From: Trichoplax adhaerens
Lineage: Eukaryota; Animalia; Placozoa
DNA length: 64,000 nt
Direction: 5' to 3'
Assembly: GCF_000150275.1 (NCBI RefSeq)
Contig: NW_002060946.1
Location: 863,562 to 927,561 of the forward strand
The translations under genes were made by a program, and so were the position numbers. The notes below the pieces were generated by a model. It had not been told where the DNA came from. It did no database searches and worked only from the letters and a program-made list of their open reading frames with translations. Shown here piece after piece: positions 38,515 through 51,500 of this stretch (its first letter is position 1; every line of letters starts with the position of its first letter).

Positions 38515-38790
38515 ACGATACGCGAAGGTACAGTACTGTATTGTACGCCGGTACAGTATTGTACGAGGTACTGTACTGTACTGTACAGTGCGCAGTACTG
38601 TAAGATACAGTACTCTATACTGTAGTGAGAGTACCGTACTGTACGGTACTGTACTGTACCGAACACTTGTGCCTACTTGTACTGCGGCTGCGTCTGGAAT
38701 TTGTTGACAATAAAACAACATTGTACTGTATACTTATACAGCAAAATCAATCCTATTTTAGGAAGTAGTCTTTGGGCCATGTACTGTACG
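38515..38790. promoter_or_regulatory. Bidirectional promoter region of GPALPP1/FBXO22, TACAGTA/TACTGTA island
   Basis: Lies between divergently oriented genes; very dense gtactgtactgtactgtacagt / tacagtactg / gtaccgtactgtacggtactgtactgtacc. Confidence 0.7.
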
Positions 38791-39087
38791 ATTCTCGGTT
38801 TAAAGGAGAGACGTAATCGATGGTTTGTAAGATCATGAACAGCTTTGCAGATATTTAAAACAGTTTTACACATAACGTTAATATCTGTGATTTTGAAAGG
38901 AAAGGAAACTGGAAATTTTGAAAATACGATATACAGCATCTGTTATTTTGCTAACATTTACTCGACCTGTTTACTACTGCGGTGTCATTAACGGCAATAC
39001 AGTACATTGATCAGCTAGTTGTTGTGGTTAACCATCTTACATGCATTGTATGATCCAGTAAGTCTGTTGTAAGAAGATCGTAGAAAT

Positions 39088-40664
39088 ATGGATATAGGTA
39101 GTACATACAGTCAGCATTTCGCACTACAATTGCCTGAGATTTTAAGCATGATCTTGTCCAAGTTGGATGCAAAATCATTATGCAATGCATCCGCTGTTTG
39201 CAAAGAATGGAATCAATTAGCTACTAAAATTTTAATGGAACGCCGTTGTTGTGCTACTTATATCGTAGAATCTCCCGACGCTATCGGTGATCTCCACCAT
39301 TTTTTTCACCAGTTACCTATTGTACCCGCTGCAATCAACGTTTTTTCCACCTTTGATAAATTAAGAGATACACGAGCATTAATCTCTTGCATCAAATCGA
39401 ATGTGCCATCCAACTGTCAAATCCTCGGTTGCTCTGGCAATGGTATTGTCGGCAGCCATGAAATGGATCAAAAATCCGTTTCTTTAGAACTAGAGGAAGC
39501 TGGTAAAGCCTCGATTCTAATTATTCCTCGCATAACAGGTATCATGCTATTTACTCACCAATAGATATTATTCTGTAATCGCTTCTGATCATAAAACAAT
39601 ATTAATTGGTGCAGCGCTTGCTATAATAAGAATTAATTATTAACTGGGCTTGAAGTTCTTTATAACCTTAAATGATAAGAATTATTTATATTTACTAAAA
39701 ACTCACTCCATTGTATTATCATTTATTTTGCTGATTTATATGTACTGTGGATCATAGACTATTCCCTAAAGTTATGCTCTATTCTACTAGGAGTTACAGT
39801 CAAAGCCTTTACCTTATATAAAAGTGATCTAAAACCGGAAGAAGAGGATACAGCTAAAGTATGGAAAGCTTCCATTGGAATGACTGATATAAAGGCTATC
39901 CTTTTACTAACCGATTTCGACATGCTTGAGAACGATGACTTTACAGCCTTGCAAGCTGCTTTCAAAGATGAAGAAAAATCTGCGATCGTTGGATGTCTAT
40001 GCCAACCTAAAGGTGAGTTTTTTTCAGAATGTTGTTATTTCACTCGTGATAATATTACTTTTTACCTTTATATAATATAATATAAAATGAAGTTCGCCTG
40101 GATAAGCTCAGATTCAGAGATTATGTGAATACTTTTAATTATTTACCTATTTTACCGAATATAAGCTTACATCATAGCTGTATTCTAAAATTATATGTGG
40201 TATACTTACTGACTGGTCACGATACTATTTACTCCGGTATAGCACGATTGCATTGCAATTTTCAATTTATGCGAGATTGCCGAAAAGAGCCAGCCTTGGT
40301 TGCGATGGCGATAGGCGGTGAATACATGGAAGCATCCACTGTTCTCTTATATGAGAATGATAAAAGCGACTTAGCAAACTCTATTGCTAACGTAGAAAGG
40401 CCATCATCGATATCATATTCTCCGGATATTGTTTATATGTTTCCTTGTGTTGGTCGGGGTTATATGTATTACGGAGAGCAAAATGTCGAAAGTGGTCTGA
40501 TCAGAAAAGCCTTTCCCTGTATTCATGTAATTGGTTGTTTCGGCTATGGTGAAATTTTTAATCTGAAATGTAAAGATGGCTACAGTTATTATCATAGCTA
40601 CAGCACGGCTTTGTGCTTTTGCTGGCTTAAACATGACAATTATCATTCTAATTCTTCCTATTGA
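39088..40664 (+). CDS. FBXO22: F-box protein with FIST-N/FIST-C domain
   Basis: F-box LQLPEILSMILSKLDAKSLCNASAVCKEWNQLA; FIST motifs ILGCSGNGIVG and MFPCVGRG...VESGLIRKAFP...IGCFGYGEI. Exons 39088-39538, 39791-40012 and 40243-40664 are in frame. Confidence 0.9.
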
Positions 40665-42179
40665 TAAGAAACTTTAAATTACTAATCAATTTAATATGCT
40701 TTGGTGCGACTTGTAATATTTCATTATTGCATTATTGCTTATATCTTTGTTACTGTATTATTATTATTAATGAGGCCTTCTATCAATCTCTAAGATCTTA
40801 GCTCTAGCGTGACACCATATCGTTGCGGAATACAACCTGTCATAGTGACAAAAAATTATCTTCTGGATTGTAAATGAACTGTAAATAGCTTTATACCGGG
40901 ATCATATTACTGCCGTGAATTTTATGGCAATCTTTGATTAAATGTACAATTATTGATTTTGATCGCTATCTACGTTTCTGCTTGATCGTGACACTGTTTA
41001 AAAAATACAAGTTCCAGTTAGAGACTATGAATTATTTCACGATGCAGTACAGTAACTGTCAGCTATTGCATATACTCACTGATACATGGTAATTAGTACA
41101 TCACTTTAAGTTTCGATGGCAAAAATAAAGTTGAAAGATTGTTTCCTGTAGTATAATTAATGTGACCATCCTATTACGATTTGTATAGGTATACGTAGAT
41201 ATCGACAGATATAATTGTTCTGGTTATCTATTATCTCATTAGCCCATCTATAATGATATTTCAATAGGGATTGTATTTTTAAGTAAAGATGGATCTGTTG
41301 TATAACCTACCGTCTATGCGACGGAGACGACTTTAACTTCTATTGATTATACCTAAATGTTTGCTTATATAACAGGTGTCATTTTGAATATTTTTAAAAT
41401 TGAATTATCATTCACGGCTAAAAACTTTATTTGAATCTATTGAAATTACATTACTACGATAACAGATATCCTATGTAGGATTTTGTATTTTCTAACTACG
41501 TAGTTCTTTACGCATTGCTATCAAGAGATAAACAAAAGGGAGAAAGATAGGAATACCACAAATCATGAAGTACAGCTTTGAGACTTAAATCGAAATTTCC
41601 AAGAATTTATGAATTAGCTAAGCCGTGTTTCTAACAGGAGTTAGGTAGTAGTGATCCTTTGGAATGGAAATGAATAAGGAATTTTCTTACAACTATTAAT
41701 CTAACGAGGAATGCTCGAGTACATAATACACGCACGCTTGATAATGCTATTGTTTGTCTATCTGTAATCTCTCTAACATTTTAATTAAATCATTAAAAAG
41801 TCTCTATATCGCTGCTTTGAAAGATTCAGCAGATCAAGCCAGGAAGTTATCATTTCTTTTATAACCTTTAGCGGATAAATGCCTGTCACTAATTTTTCTG
41901 CGTTAATTAATTACTGTCATCATGACTGGAAGTAGATAGGTTAGATTAAAAAATTCTAAATGTTAATGTTACAACATACAATGTATACAGCACTAGCTAA
42001 ATAAATCAAATTTTTTCGAAATGTATTAGCTGATGTTATAGTGCATTAACTTGGATCCGTATAAGAAGAGGTTAGAAGATAAACAGTATCCCGTAGCCCC
42101 ATTTATTAGGTATTGCCAACTCTGTAGAGAAACCTTTTTGATTGCGAAGGTATAATCCCAATTTTGTTAATGAATCGTT

Positions 42180-42445
42180 AAATTACAGTATACCAATACG
42201 CAGTCATGGATGCGTAACTGGATAGCCACTGTGTAGCACGTACTGTACTTATATTTGTGAAACCTCTGTAGTATGATAGTAGTACAGTAGCTTAGACCAT
42301 GGCTAGAGTTCTATAGTAATGCTATTATACCACAAACAGTGTCGCGAACATGCGCAGATTTCTCCTCTAGAGATTTGAAAATTATTGAAATGAAGGATGA
42401 AACCATAGCAACAATTCAGTTGTAAATGCAAATGGCGGATTGTTA
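42180..42445 (+). promoter_or_regulatory. Putative TTC6 promoter with RFX X-box half-site
   Basis: tacagta/tactgta words at 42184-42290, catgcgca at ~42349, CCATAGCAAC at 42403-42412 and YY1-like aaatggcgg at ~42431, about 100 bp before ATG 42522. Confidence 0.55.
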
Positions 42446-42521
42446 TGCTATACTATCTAGGCAGCGTATTTATTGCAATTTAATCGTCTATTAAATTTTA
42501 CAAGGTCATCTAATATCATAA

Positions 42522-45500
42522 ATGGATGGTCAAAATTTCGTCAATTCTAGCGCAAGGTAGGTGGAAGGAATAACGACTTCTGGCTGTCGTTGTGTAAAAT
42601 ATCTGAGATGTTAATATACAGTATACCGAGTAGAAAGATCAATGATTTTAAGGACAAGCTGCTTAGTGGATGGGAACGTAAATGATCATACTGTGTACAT
42701 ATGTAAATCTTGTAGTAATGGTACAATAATATTCGTTATATACAACCATTATCAAAGTTATGGGATTTTTAATACAGTACATACGAGTCTACAAGTATTG
42801 TACAGAAATATAAACTTCTAAGCGTCGTTCTTTTCGTTCAATTTTTACGTTATTTATGGTACAGTATTAAACTAAATTCCATTGGTAGACTATACTGTAT
42901 CGAATGATTTCAGAAATGGAACCAAATATTATACAATTTGATTATTAATTAACGTGCTAAATACTTCAAAAATCTGTATCTTCAAGCAAAGTAGTTAATT
43001 AAAAAGTATATACATATTTCCAAAAATTGATAAACAGGGAAGTGTCTAGTCCTGATGAGATAGCGAATGAAATGGCTCAGCTTGGATTATTAGATAGTCG
43101 GAGGATAGAGCTAAAACTAAGAAGGGAAATTAAAAAACAAGTTAATCCTGTAAGTAATCAACTACGGCAACAAATGTTTATTAACTATTGACGGTATGTC
43201 TTGTCTTCTACTGATATAACACGCATATTTTATTTGAATTGATGTGAAAATTTCACTCTTTATTTGGAGTGTTTGATGTTATGATATAGTATCAGCTGTT
43301 TTATTTTCGACTGTGATCTGTATAACTTTATCTCCATACATGTTTACATTAGCCTCTCACATCACGAGCTGTGCTTTCTGCGTCAGGAAGAATAGCTTCT
43401 GCTAGTAAAGATAGGTACGTAAGTAGCAGCTTGATAACAAGACTGTATCAACATGTCTTTTTACTAATCAGTTTGAAGGACAATTCCGTAGACTGTAGTG
43501 TAGCATTGATCACCGTAGCGCATCATGATATAGTAATATTGAATTTAAATGGCTATTATAGTTTAATTTTGAATTTATTTCTCAAATTAAGTACCAAGTT
43601 GCTAGATAAGAAGAAGCCTGATGTAACAAGTACGAAAGGTATTTCTAACGAGACTATCCATAGCTATGAAGATAAAGTTCGGGTATGCTCTTAATTGTGA
43701 TACAATGATATCAATAGGAAAGAATTAATGCTTTCTAACAAAAAAATATCCTTTTTGCTATATTGAATTAGGAAACGAATACGTTAGAAACCGATAATAA
43801 TAGGTAATTAATAAAATTAACTTGTTATACCTTATACGATTATAGATACAAATATAGTTTCCATTTTATAGCTTTATTCTGCTGTACTTAAATATTCCAT
43901 ATTATGTCAAATCTCAGAGATTTACTGGGGGTTTTAACGCTATCGAGTTTAAATAAGAATAAAAGCACAGAAGAAGAAAGTACTAAAAATCAAACGTTTA
44001 AAACGAAGCCTTTAGCAGGTAATGATGCAATACTTGCATAAGCTGTGCTACATAAGAAAGAGAGCTCTAAAATTGATACTAGATTTTGTAATGTTTATGC
44101 TAAAGATTTTTATTTCATATGTATTCAGTTATCAATAGCAAGCAAGAAAATCTAGAGTCGAAGCAAGTTCAACTGAGGTAGATTAATTGATAAAGACAGC
44201 TGATTTTATATCCGAAAAATGTTTCCACTCATCGTTTTTTTTCATTTCTATTCAAATTAAAATAGCGATGAAGTATCAAAATTAAATGTATTACTAGAAG
44301 GACGTAAGCTTGAGGATGATCTTGGAAAAACAACTAAACCGAGTAAGAAACTTTGGAAATCTGAGCAAGTAAGAATTACCCTAAAGATTGTCATACATTC
44401 ATAGCATAAGTGTCCAATATTAATTGCCCGTAATGTTAGACAAGACATTCTTTAATGCTATAGATTTGACTTTATTACATCTTTTCTAAAACAGAAATTT
44501 ATCATTACGGAAAATGTTGGCCCTGTTGTTATGGACGGAAACCATATGGATAGTAACGATGCTTCTAAACCAGCAATTGTAAAAGGGAAGAAGACGTTAT
44601 TAGCCGCTACATTACATCAAAGACAACCTTCTAGGCCTACTGTAACACCTCCTATCGATAATACCTCGATTGTAATACATAGTGCTACAAGTACGGCCTC
44701 AAGGTAATTAAATTGTAATTTCATTCCTTATACGATAGATGATTTATGTATGAATATGGGTAACAATTTTCTTTCCCTTTTTTTAATAAATTTTTCTGTA
44801 ATAGCCTAACAAGTGAAAAGAAAATGCTGTTACGAAAGCGGAACAGTATTAATATCCTTCGGCAAACTATTGATTTCAGATCAAGTAGTAGAAGACCAAG
44901 ACGTAATACAGCAACTTCAACTGATGTTATTGTTGTTGATAAAGATGAATTTTTGCAAAGCGTTATTGAGGAGGAGCCTAGTGTGACTGGATTGCAAGAA
45001 TATGAAGAAACTGAGGAGGATAAAAATGATACTCGGCAAGCTAAGATGGAAGATTTACAAGTTGCAGCCACTGTTATTAAAGATATTTCTAAATATGTTG
45101 AAGATTTGGAGAAATTAGGAATTGATTTAGCACAGTATCGGAGTCGTAGTACTAGTCCACGTAGTAATGTTGGCTCACAGCGAGAACATACTAGTTCATC
45201 CATTAGTTCTGCTCCAACATATCGACGTAAATTCTTTCGACATAGTCGCCCAATATCACCTAGCAGTAAAGAGCAAATTGAAGAAAGTCCATCACAAGAA
45301 ATAAATAATGCTCATGGAGAAAATAGTAAGAAATTTCTTAATTATTGTTGGTATTTATTTGCAATGTCATTAAAGCCATACATTATGTAGCCATAAATGA
45401 TAAATAGAGGCTATCGTATTAAGGTGCTGGTATTATTACTGCACTGTCATTTAAATAACAAATCAGAGGCGCGAAATCTTTTTAATGTTAACGGTAACTA

Positions 45501-48500
45501 ATGCTACTTCGCTCTACAGTATACTTGGAAAGTTAGAGAAACATAGAATTCTCATTTTATTAATACGCGGTCATACTGAATAGTTCAGAGTAAAGACGTA
45601 GAGATCTATGCTAAATACAATTAATCTATTCCATTCTATATTTGGAAAGTTAAAGAGCCGTAGAATGCTCATTTGGCTGCTGTATTGATGATCATGATAT
45701 TAGTAGATGATTTAGATCTCATTAGAGGACGAAAATACTGCAGTATTTAGTTATACTTAGGTATTGCTTCATTTTAGGATTGCATTACATGTTTAAGTTT
45801 CTATGCCAACAGGTTGTCAATTAAATTGAATCTCTTTCTGTGTAAAATGGCACCACTAAAACGTTGGCAGTACTATACATTCGAACACCTTCTGTATAAA
45901 GTGTACGCACACTCTACAAGAACTTTAACTACATAAGGGGATTATTCTGAAGATATTAATTTTGCATATTAAACAAGATCATAAGCTTCAGTTTATGGAT
46001 TTTTTATGATATCAATAATACGATAAGGATATTGAGCTACTGTATAGGTGCTTAAAACTATACTGTGTCTTAGCATTATTCTACTTTAGTCTGCTACCAT
46101 TAATTTTGGATCAATGACAACCAAGGATCCTTGGTTATCATTGATCCAAAATTATTATAACCTGAGAATAACTACTATAAAGTAAATATTTATTGCATAA
46201 TTTCTAGATCTTGATTCGATCTTAATGTTTACTTTACCATCTACCACTTACCTTTCAGTATTAATTAACAGCAAATTGCCTAACTCTATGCATTTATCCA
46301 CTTTCGTTTTTTAAATATAGGGTCTCAACCTTTCGATAGCCAAGACTTAAAAAATCCTGATCAGATTGGAGTGGTAGGGATGCCAAGCCATATGATGTTT
46401 CGCTACAAATCCATAAATTCCAATAAGAAGTATCAAAAAACGAAGTTGAACCAGAATCGAACTACCATGCATCAGTTTTGTTTGCCTACTTCTGCTATCT
46501 ATCTACCACCAAGATTTCAAGTTATTAGTCAAAATGTGTCTGGAAATATTCCTGCTAATGTTTTACAGGTTCTAACTGTTCTATAGATGATTACTTTTTA
46601 TTGGATTGTTTACCTTAGAAAATGATAATTTCTTATTTTATTTTGTCGGTTTAAAATTCTATTACAATCGAATTTCCCAAACATAACTTAATATATTAGA
46701 AATTTAAAAAGCAACAAGATGAAGATATTGATGAAGACTTGCTGCAAGATAAGGAAAGAGTTACGAAAGCAGCAGATAGAATTATGAAGGATATCGAAGC
46801 TTCATACGATAATGAAACGGAGTTTGAACAACTTGATGAAAATATTGATAATTTAGTAAGCATTAAAAGAAGTCATTTTTTAATAACCTAGGGTTCAGCA
46901 CTTTACTTTTATTGAAATAAAGTCAAATTTATTGTATAAACTACAAAGGATTTGAAAAATATAATGATATTGATATTTCTTGAAGTGCCATATTGTCTTT
47001 TACGCAGATTTTTATGAATTTGCGGGTTTATACTTATCTTTTTAGATTAATCAAACCCAAGGCCTAGCTTTGATTGGAAAGGCAATACTAAGAGAGAAGG
47101 GTCTTTCGGATATGTTATTTTCTGTTGGACCTCCTAAAATTCAGATAGCTCCGGAAACGATACAAAATCAATTATTTCCTCAATACTTTGGTGCTACATT
47201 TCCTGTATTAAAACCAAATAACCTTACTGCATTGACTGCTTTAAGTACATCTGAAGGTAGTGAATCTGAAGATTTCGAATTTGAAGATTTGGATCCGGAA
47301 GATCGCGAAATGAGACTAAGGTTAGCGAAATAATTTTGAAGTATCGTACAAATATCTCGGTTAATTATTAGATTGATGTGAAATTATTGACTGATCATTA
47401 ATTAGATCTAGACTAAGTAGTCTAAGTTACCTGCGTTAACATGATTTCTTGTTTACATGCGGCATATCTTATTTGAATTAAAATCGTAATTTAATTGCCG
47501 ACTTTTAACGTATTTTTGGGGCGAGTTTAATCACTGGTTTTAATATCTGCGAAAATATATATTCATAGCTAAACTGCAATTAATCGTATATTATGCATTA
47601 TAGAATTTTAGGCAGACGTCATGGATCTGTGAATGATATTTCTAAAGTAGTAGAATTTTCAGCGAATGTTATAATCGAAGATAAACCACCTGCTGAAGAA
47701 ACTGATCAAGAAGGTAGAGTTTAGCGAAATCCATTCTTATATTAGCCAACTTAAGAATAGATTTATATATGTACTGTAGTTCTTCAATTACTGAGAATAA
47801 TACTGTACAAATCATTATTCAGTAATAAATAGTAGCTTTTTCCATTACAAATGTATGTACTGTAGTTTATAGTACAGTATATACTTAAAGTAGTATGTAC
47901 TGTAAATTTATAACTTATTTTAAGATCAAGGGTTTAAGTTCATTAAATGATAAATAGTTACAACTTGTACCTGTGAGAACTAACAATAATTTAAGCATAT
48001 ATAATTATAAAAAGTCGGAATAGATATATATATAGTCAATTAAATTGTAACAACGCGGAGGTTATAACAATTTGTATACGAGTACAGTATATGGTAAATT
48101 TACATTTTATTCTAAGATCGAAGATTTAAGTTCATAAGCTTATAGGTCGATAGACGTAAGGATGAGAAACAGCGTTGTAGAACCCGAGTATACTTACTCG
48201 CATAAAGTACTGTAATAGTTATTCACTGATATTAAGAATTTCTGTAGTTATTTAATTGCAATAATATTCTCATTGGTAAAGAAGTGTACTCATGCAGGAA
48301 TATTATGCAGCACAACAAGTTCTAAATTCCGCATTTAAACAACAGTCCCTTGATTCTCTCTTAAGACTATTATTTAAATTAAATTTATATTTCTTATATA
48401 ATATATAATAGATGCCATTGAACAAGATGAAAAAATAGAAGGTAATAGTACACTGAGCTATTCCTGCCCACTTTCGTTAGTATTCAACACATTTAGCTCA

Positions 48501-51500
48501 TTACTGCCGTTTCTACATAATTAGAGTCGGCCCTTAAAGATGGTGATATTACTGACAGTCTACAGCAGCTGCCTTCTGTTAACTCCAAGGTCAAAAAGCA
48601 ACATCCTAACATTTATCCTTTACCTAAAGTGTCGGAAATAAAGTAAGTTCTACTGAACTACTATAAAGATATTTATAACATGAACATCGTATCAGCTGCT
48701 ATTATTGATAACCTATCCATTGTCATAGCTAGTTATAAAATTCTTCTACGAAAAATACGCTTTACGGATATTTTAAAAGTGATTACTTCCTTCCTTCTTA
48801 TAGACGACGTAATTCCCAACCGAATCCTATCAGATTTGAAGAACAGTTTTTACGATTGCCAACTGATTATGATTCCACAATGGCAGAAGTTAGTAAGAAG
48901 ATTGTAGCAGTCTAGTGTAAAATAGCACATCTACGATACAGATATATATTTGCGAAATAATGCTATCAATATATTTATTTAATCGTATAAAAATAATCCA
49001 CAAGAGTAAGCGTAATCGTCTTTTATTTTACTAACTTAGGTTCAAATGCAAGCAGAGCAAATTGATCAAATAAGATATCAAATAACTGACTCAGAGATAT
49101 TAGAAGGAGTTATCAATTCTGGAGATTCCCCTTTATCGGACCAGGACCTTCATGATGGTGCCTTAGAAGAGTTAGGCCATTATACTAATAAAAATTGGGC
49201 TAGCAATAAGAACAAGCAAAAGTGAGAATCGATCATAATAAAAACAATTTTACATTATAGTTAATATTTCTGCGAGTAAGGTAGTCAAGAAACGTATTAA
49301 TTATAATTATCTGCATCTTTCCAATCATATTTATATGGTCAATTTATAGAAAGAAAACGAAAAAGAAAAGAAAGAAAGGAATTATATCGGCAGAACGAAT
49401 TAAAAAAATCGAAGCATTTCTTAAGCAATCAGCACAACCCCTACAAAGAAGTCAATCAATTCATCAAATAAATGAAGTTGATGTAGCGTTGGTCAGGCAA
49501 AGACGTAAAACAGTACCATCTGCAATGGATGTGGAAAATTTTCAAGCAGCTAATCCTGAAAGGTACAGTTCTTGGGCTAACAAACTAGTATTCACGCGTA
49601 TAAAAGTAGCTCTTATGAGGCTAAATTATTAGTATTAATATAGTGTCTAAGATTTTTACTGTAATATGTAAAGCAATTTAGATTCCTATGATTCCACTAA
49701 AGAACAATGGGAAAAATGGTTTGACGAAATTTATCCACCTAGTGAAATAGAATTCGGTATTTTACATTTGACTTTATGACTCAAATAAGTTCTTAATACA
49801 TTAATAAATAGTTTGCAGAAGACAATCTCATACTAGTATTGGCTATAGTTTTTATCCTGTCTAGTAATTATTAATATTGATTTTACCTTCATGCGTTGCT
49901 AGACTTTAGTGTGGCACCAAAAGAAGAAGAAAATGTCGAGGCTGAATCAACTACAATTAAAGGATTTAATATCGAGGAATTAGATCCCATTATTAAAGAT
50001 AGTAATCCTCAGATCTATGAGGTGACGCCCTATCATTTATCACTCTTACAAATTCTTAGACAATGATTTACGAATAATGATCTATTTGAATACATTACTT
50101 AAAAAAAATGAAATCCTTTAATCTTTACCCTTTTGAAGGCTATTATGAAGGAAATCGGTACTTTAGATGATGAAATTAAATTGCACAATAAGGTAACAGC
50201 TTATAATTTATCACGGCGTGGAGCTCTTTTGCGTAAAATTGGCCAACTGTTGCGATCACAAGAAGACCTCGAACTTGCTATAAAAATGGAACCACAATTT
50301 TTGGATGCATTTTGGCAAAGACATCTGTTATATTTATTGCAAGGAGAGGACTATGTAATTGCTAGAAATTAGCTTTCTTCTTAGTGTATCAATTATTAAT
50401 AATTTTCATGATCTTTATCTAAAGTATGTAAAAATTGCTAACTTTATTTCGATTTCTCCTTAATCCATATAGAAAGCACTAGATGATCTGAATTTTATTA
50501 TAAAGATAAATAAAAATCACGCTAGAGCGTATCGAGCTAGAGCTGAAATATTCCGACGTCTTGGCGATGCTACAATGGCAGCTATTAATTATACGCAGGC
50601 AATTCGGCTAAATCCTGATGATGCAGAAGCTTATTTTAGAAGAGCTGAAATGTATGAAAAGGTACTGACTGTGAATATAATATCGTTATACCCGGATTTT
50701 ATCCAAAAATGAGCGATAGTCTTTATTTAGTCTCATGATAATGTCGTTATTATTAGAAAATAACATGATAGCTTTAAATTATAAATATTATAAGTCATCT
50801 ATATCTGAAATCTCGTAATACTAATAGAATCATTTAATTCTGCTAACATTGAAAATTCCGTAGAAAAATGACATCTTATCTGCATTAGAAGATTATGCGA
50901 TAACTAGCAAATTGATGCCCACGAAAACGGAAGCGATATTTAAGCATGGAATGTATATGTTTAAACAAGGATCTTGGTTAAGTGCTATCAACGATTTTTC
51001 AAAATTACTAGCAATGACACCTTATAATGCCGAAGCAAGAAGTTATCGTGGTCGAGCACAAGCACAATTAGTGTGTTTTTATTAATAACTTCAATTTAGT
51101 TATAGAAACAAAGAAATTATTATAGTAGGCATCGAGTGATAACATGTTTGTATACTGCAAAGATTAATTATTTCATGTTTTATCTCTATACTAAAGGGCA
51201 ATTTTACAAGTGCTTTAAAGGATTTATCAATTGCTATTCACTTTAATCCAGACGATGCGACAATTTTTTATCATAGAGGATGCATTTTAAGGCGGTAAAT
51301 GTGGCAGCAGTTACTGTAATCCTATTTATTTAAAATTTGAGCTTGATCAATTATGCATCTACTAGGATCATATTTTACCGGTTTATCGATGATTATTTTT
51401 ACTATTGCCACAGTATTAGTGATGCTATAAGAGGTGATAAATGCAGCGGTTACTTAATCTTAAATTTAAAATTTGTGCTTAATTAATTAAGCATCATACT

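Noticed and set aside
41455-42150. Exon-like blocks between FBXO22 and TTC6 (e.g. LDPYKKRLEDK...YCQLCRETF)
   Set aside because: They could not be joined into a consistent frame and contain multiple stops; insufficient support.
43746-43755. ATATCCTTTT as a U12 AT-AC donor
   Set aside because: It lies in the pyrimidine tract of an ordinary in-frame GT-AG intron of TTC6.
44721-45203. 160-aa minus-strand ORF (also 9833-10057, 12147-12374, 39759-39965, 40413-40646)
   Set aside because: Antisense shadows of genuine + strand exons.
45490-48220. Short degenerate duplications in TTC6 introns (~45520/45640 and ~47870/48080)
   Set aside because: Real but ordinary intron-expansion remnants with no further structure.
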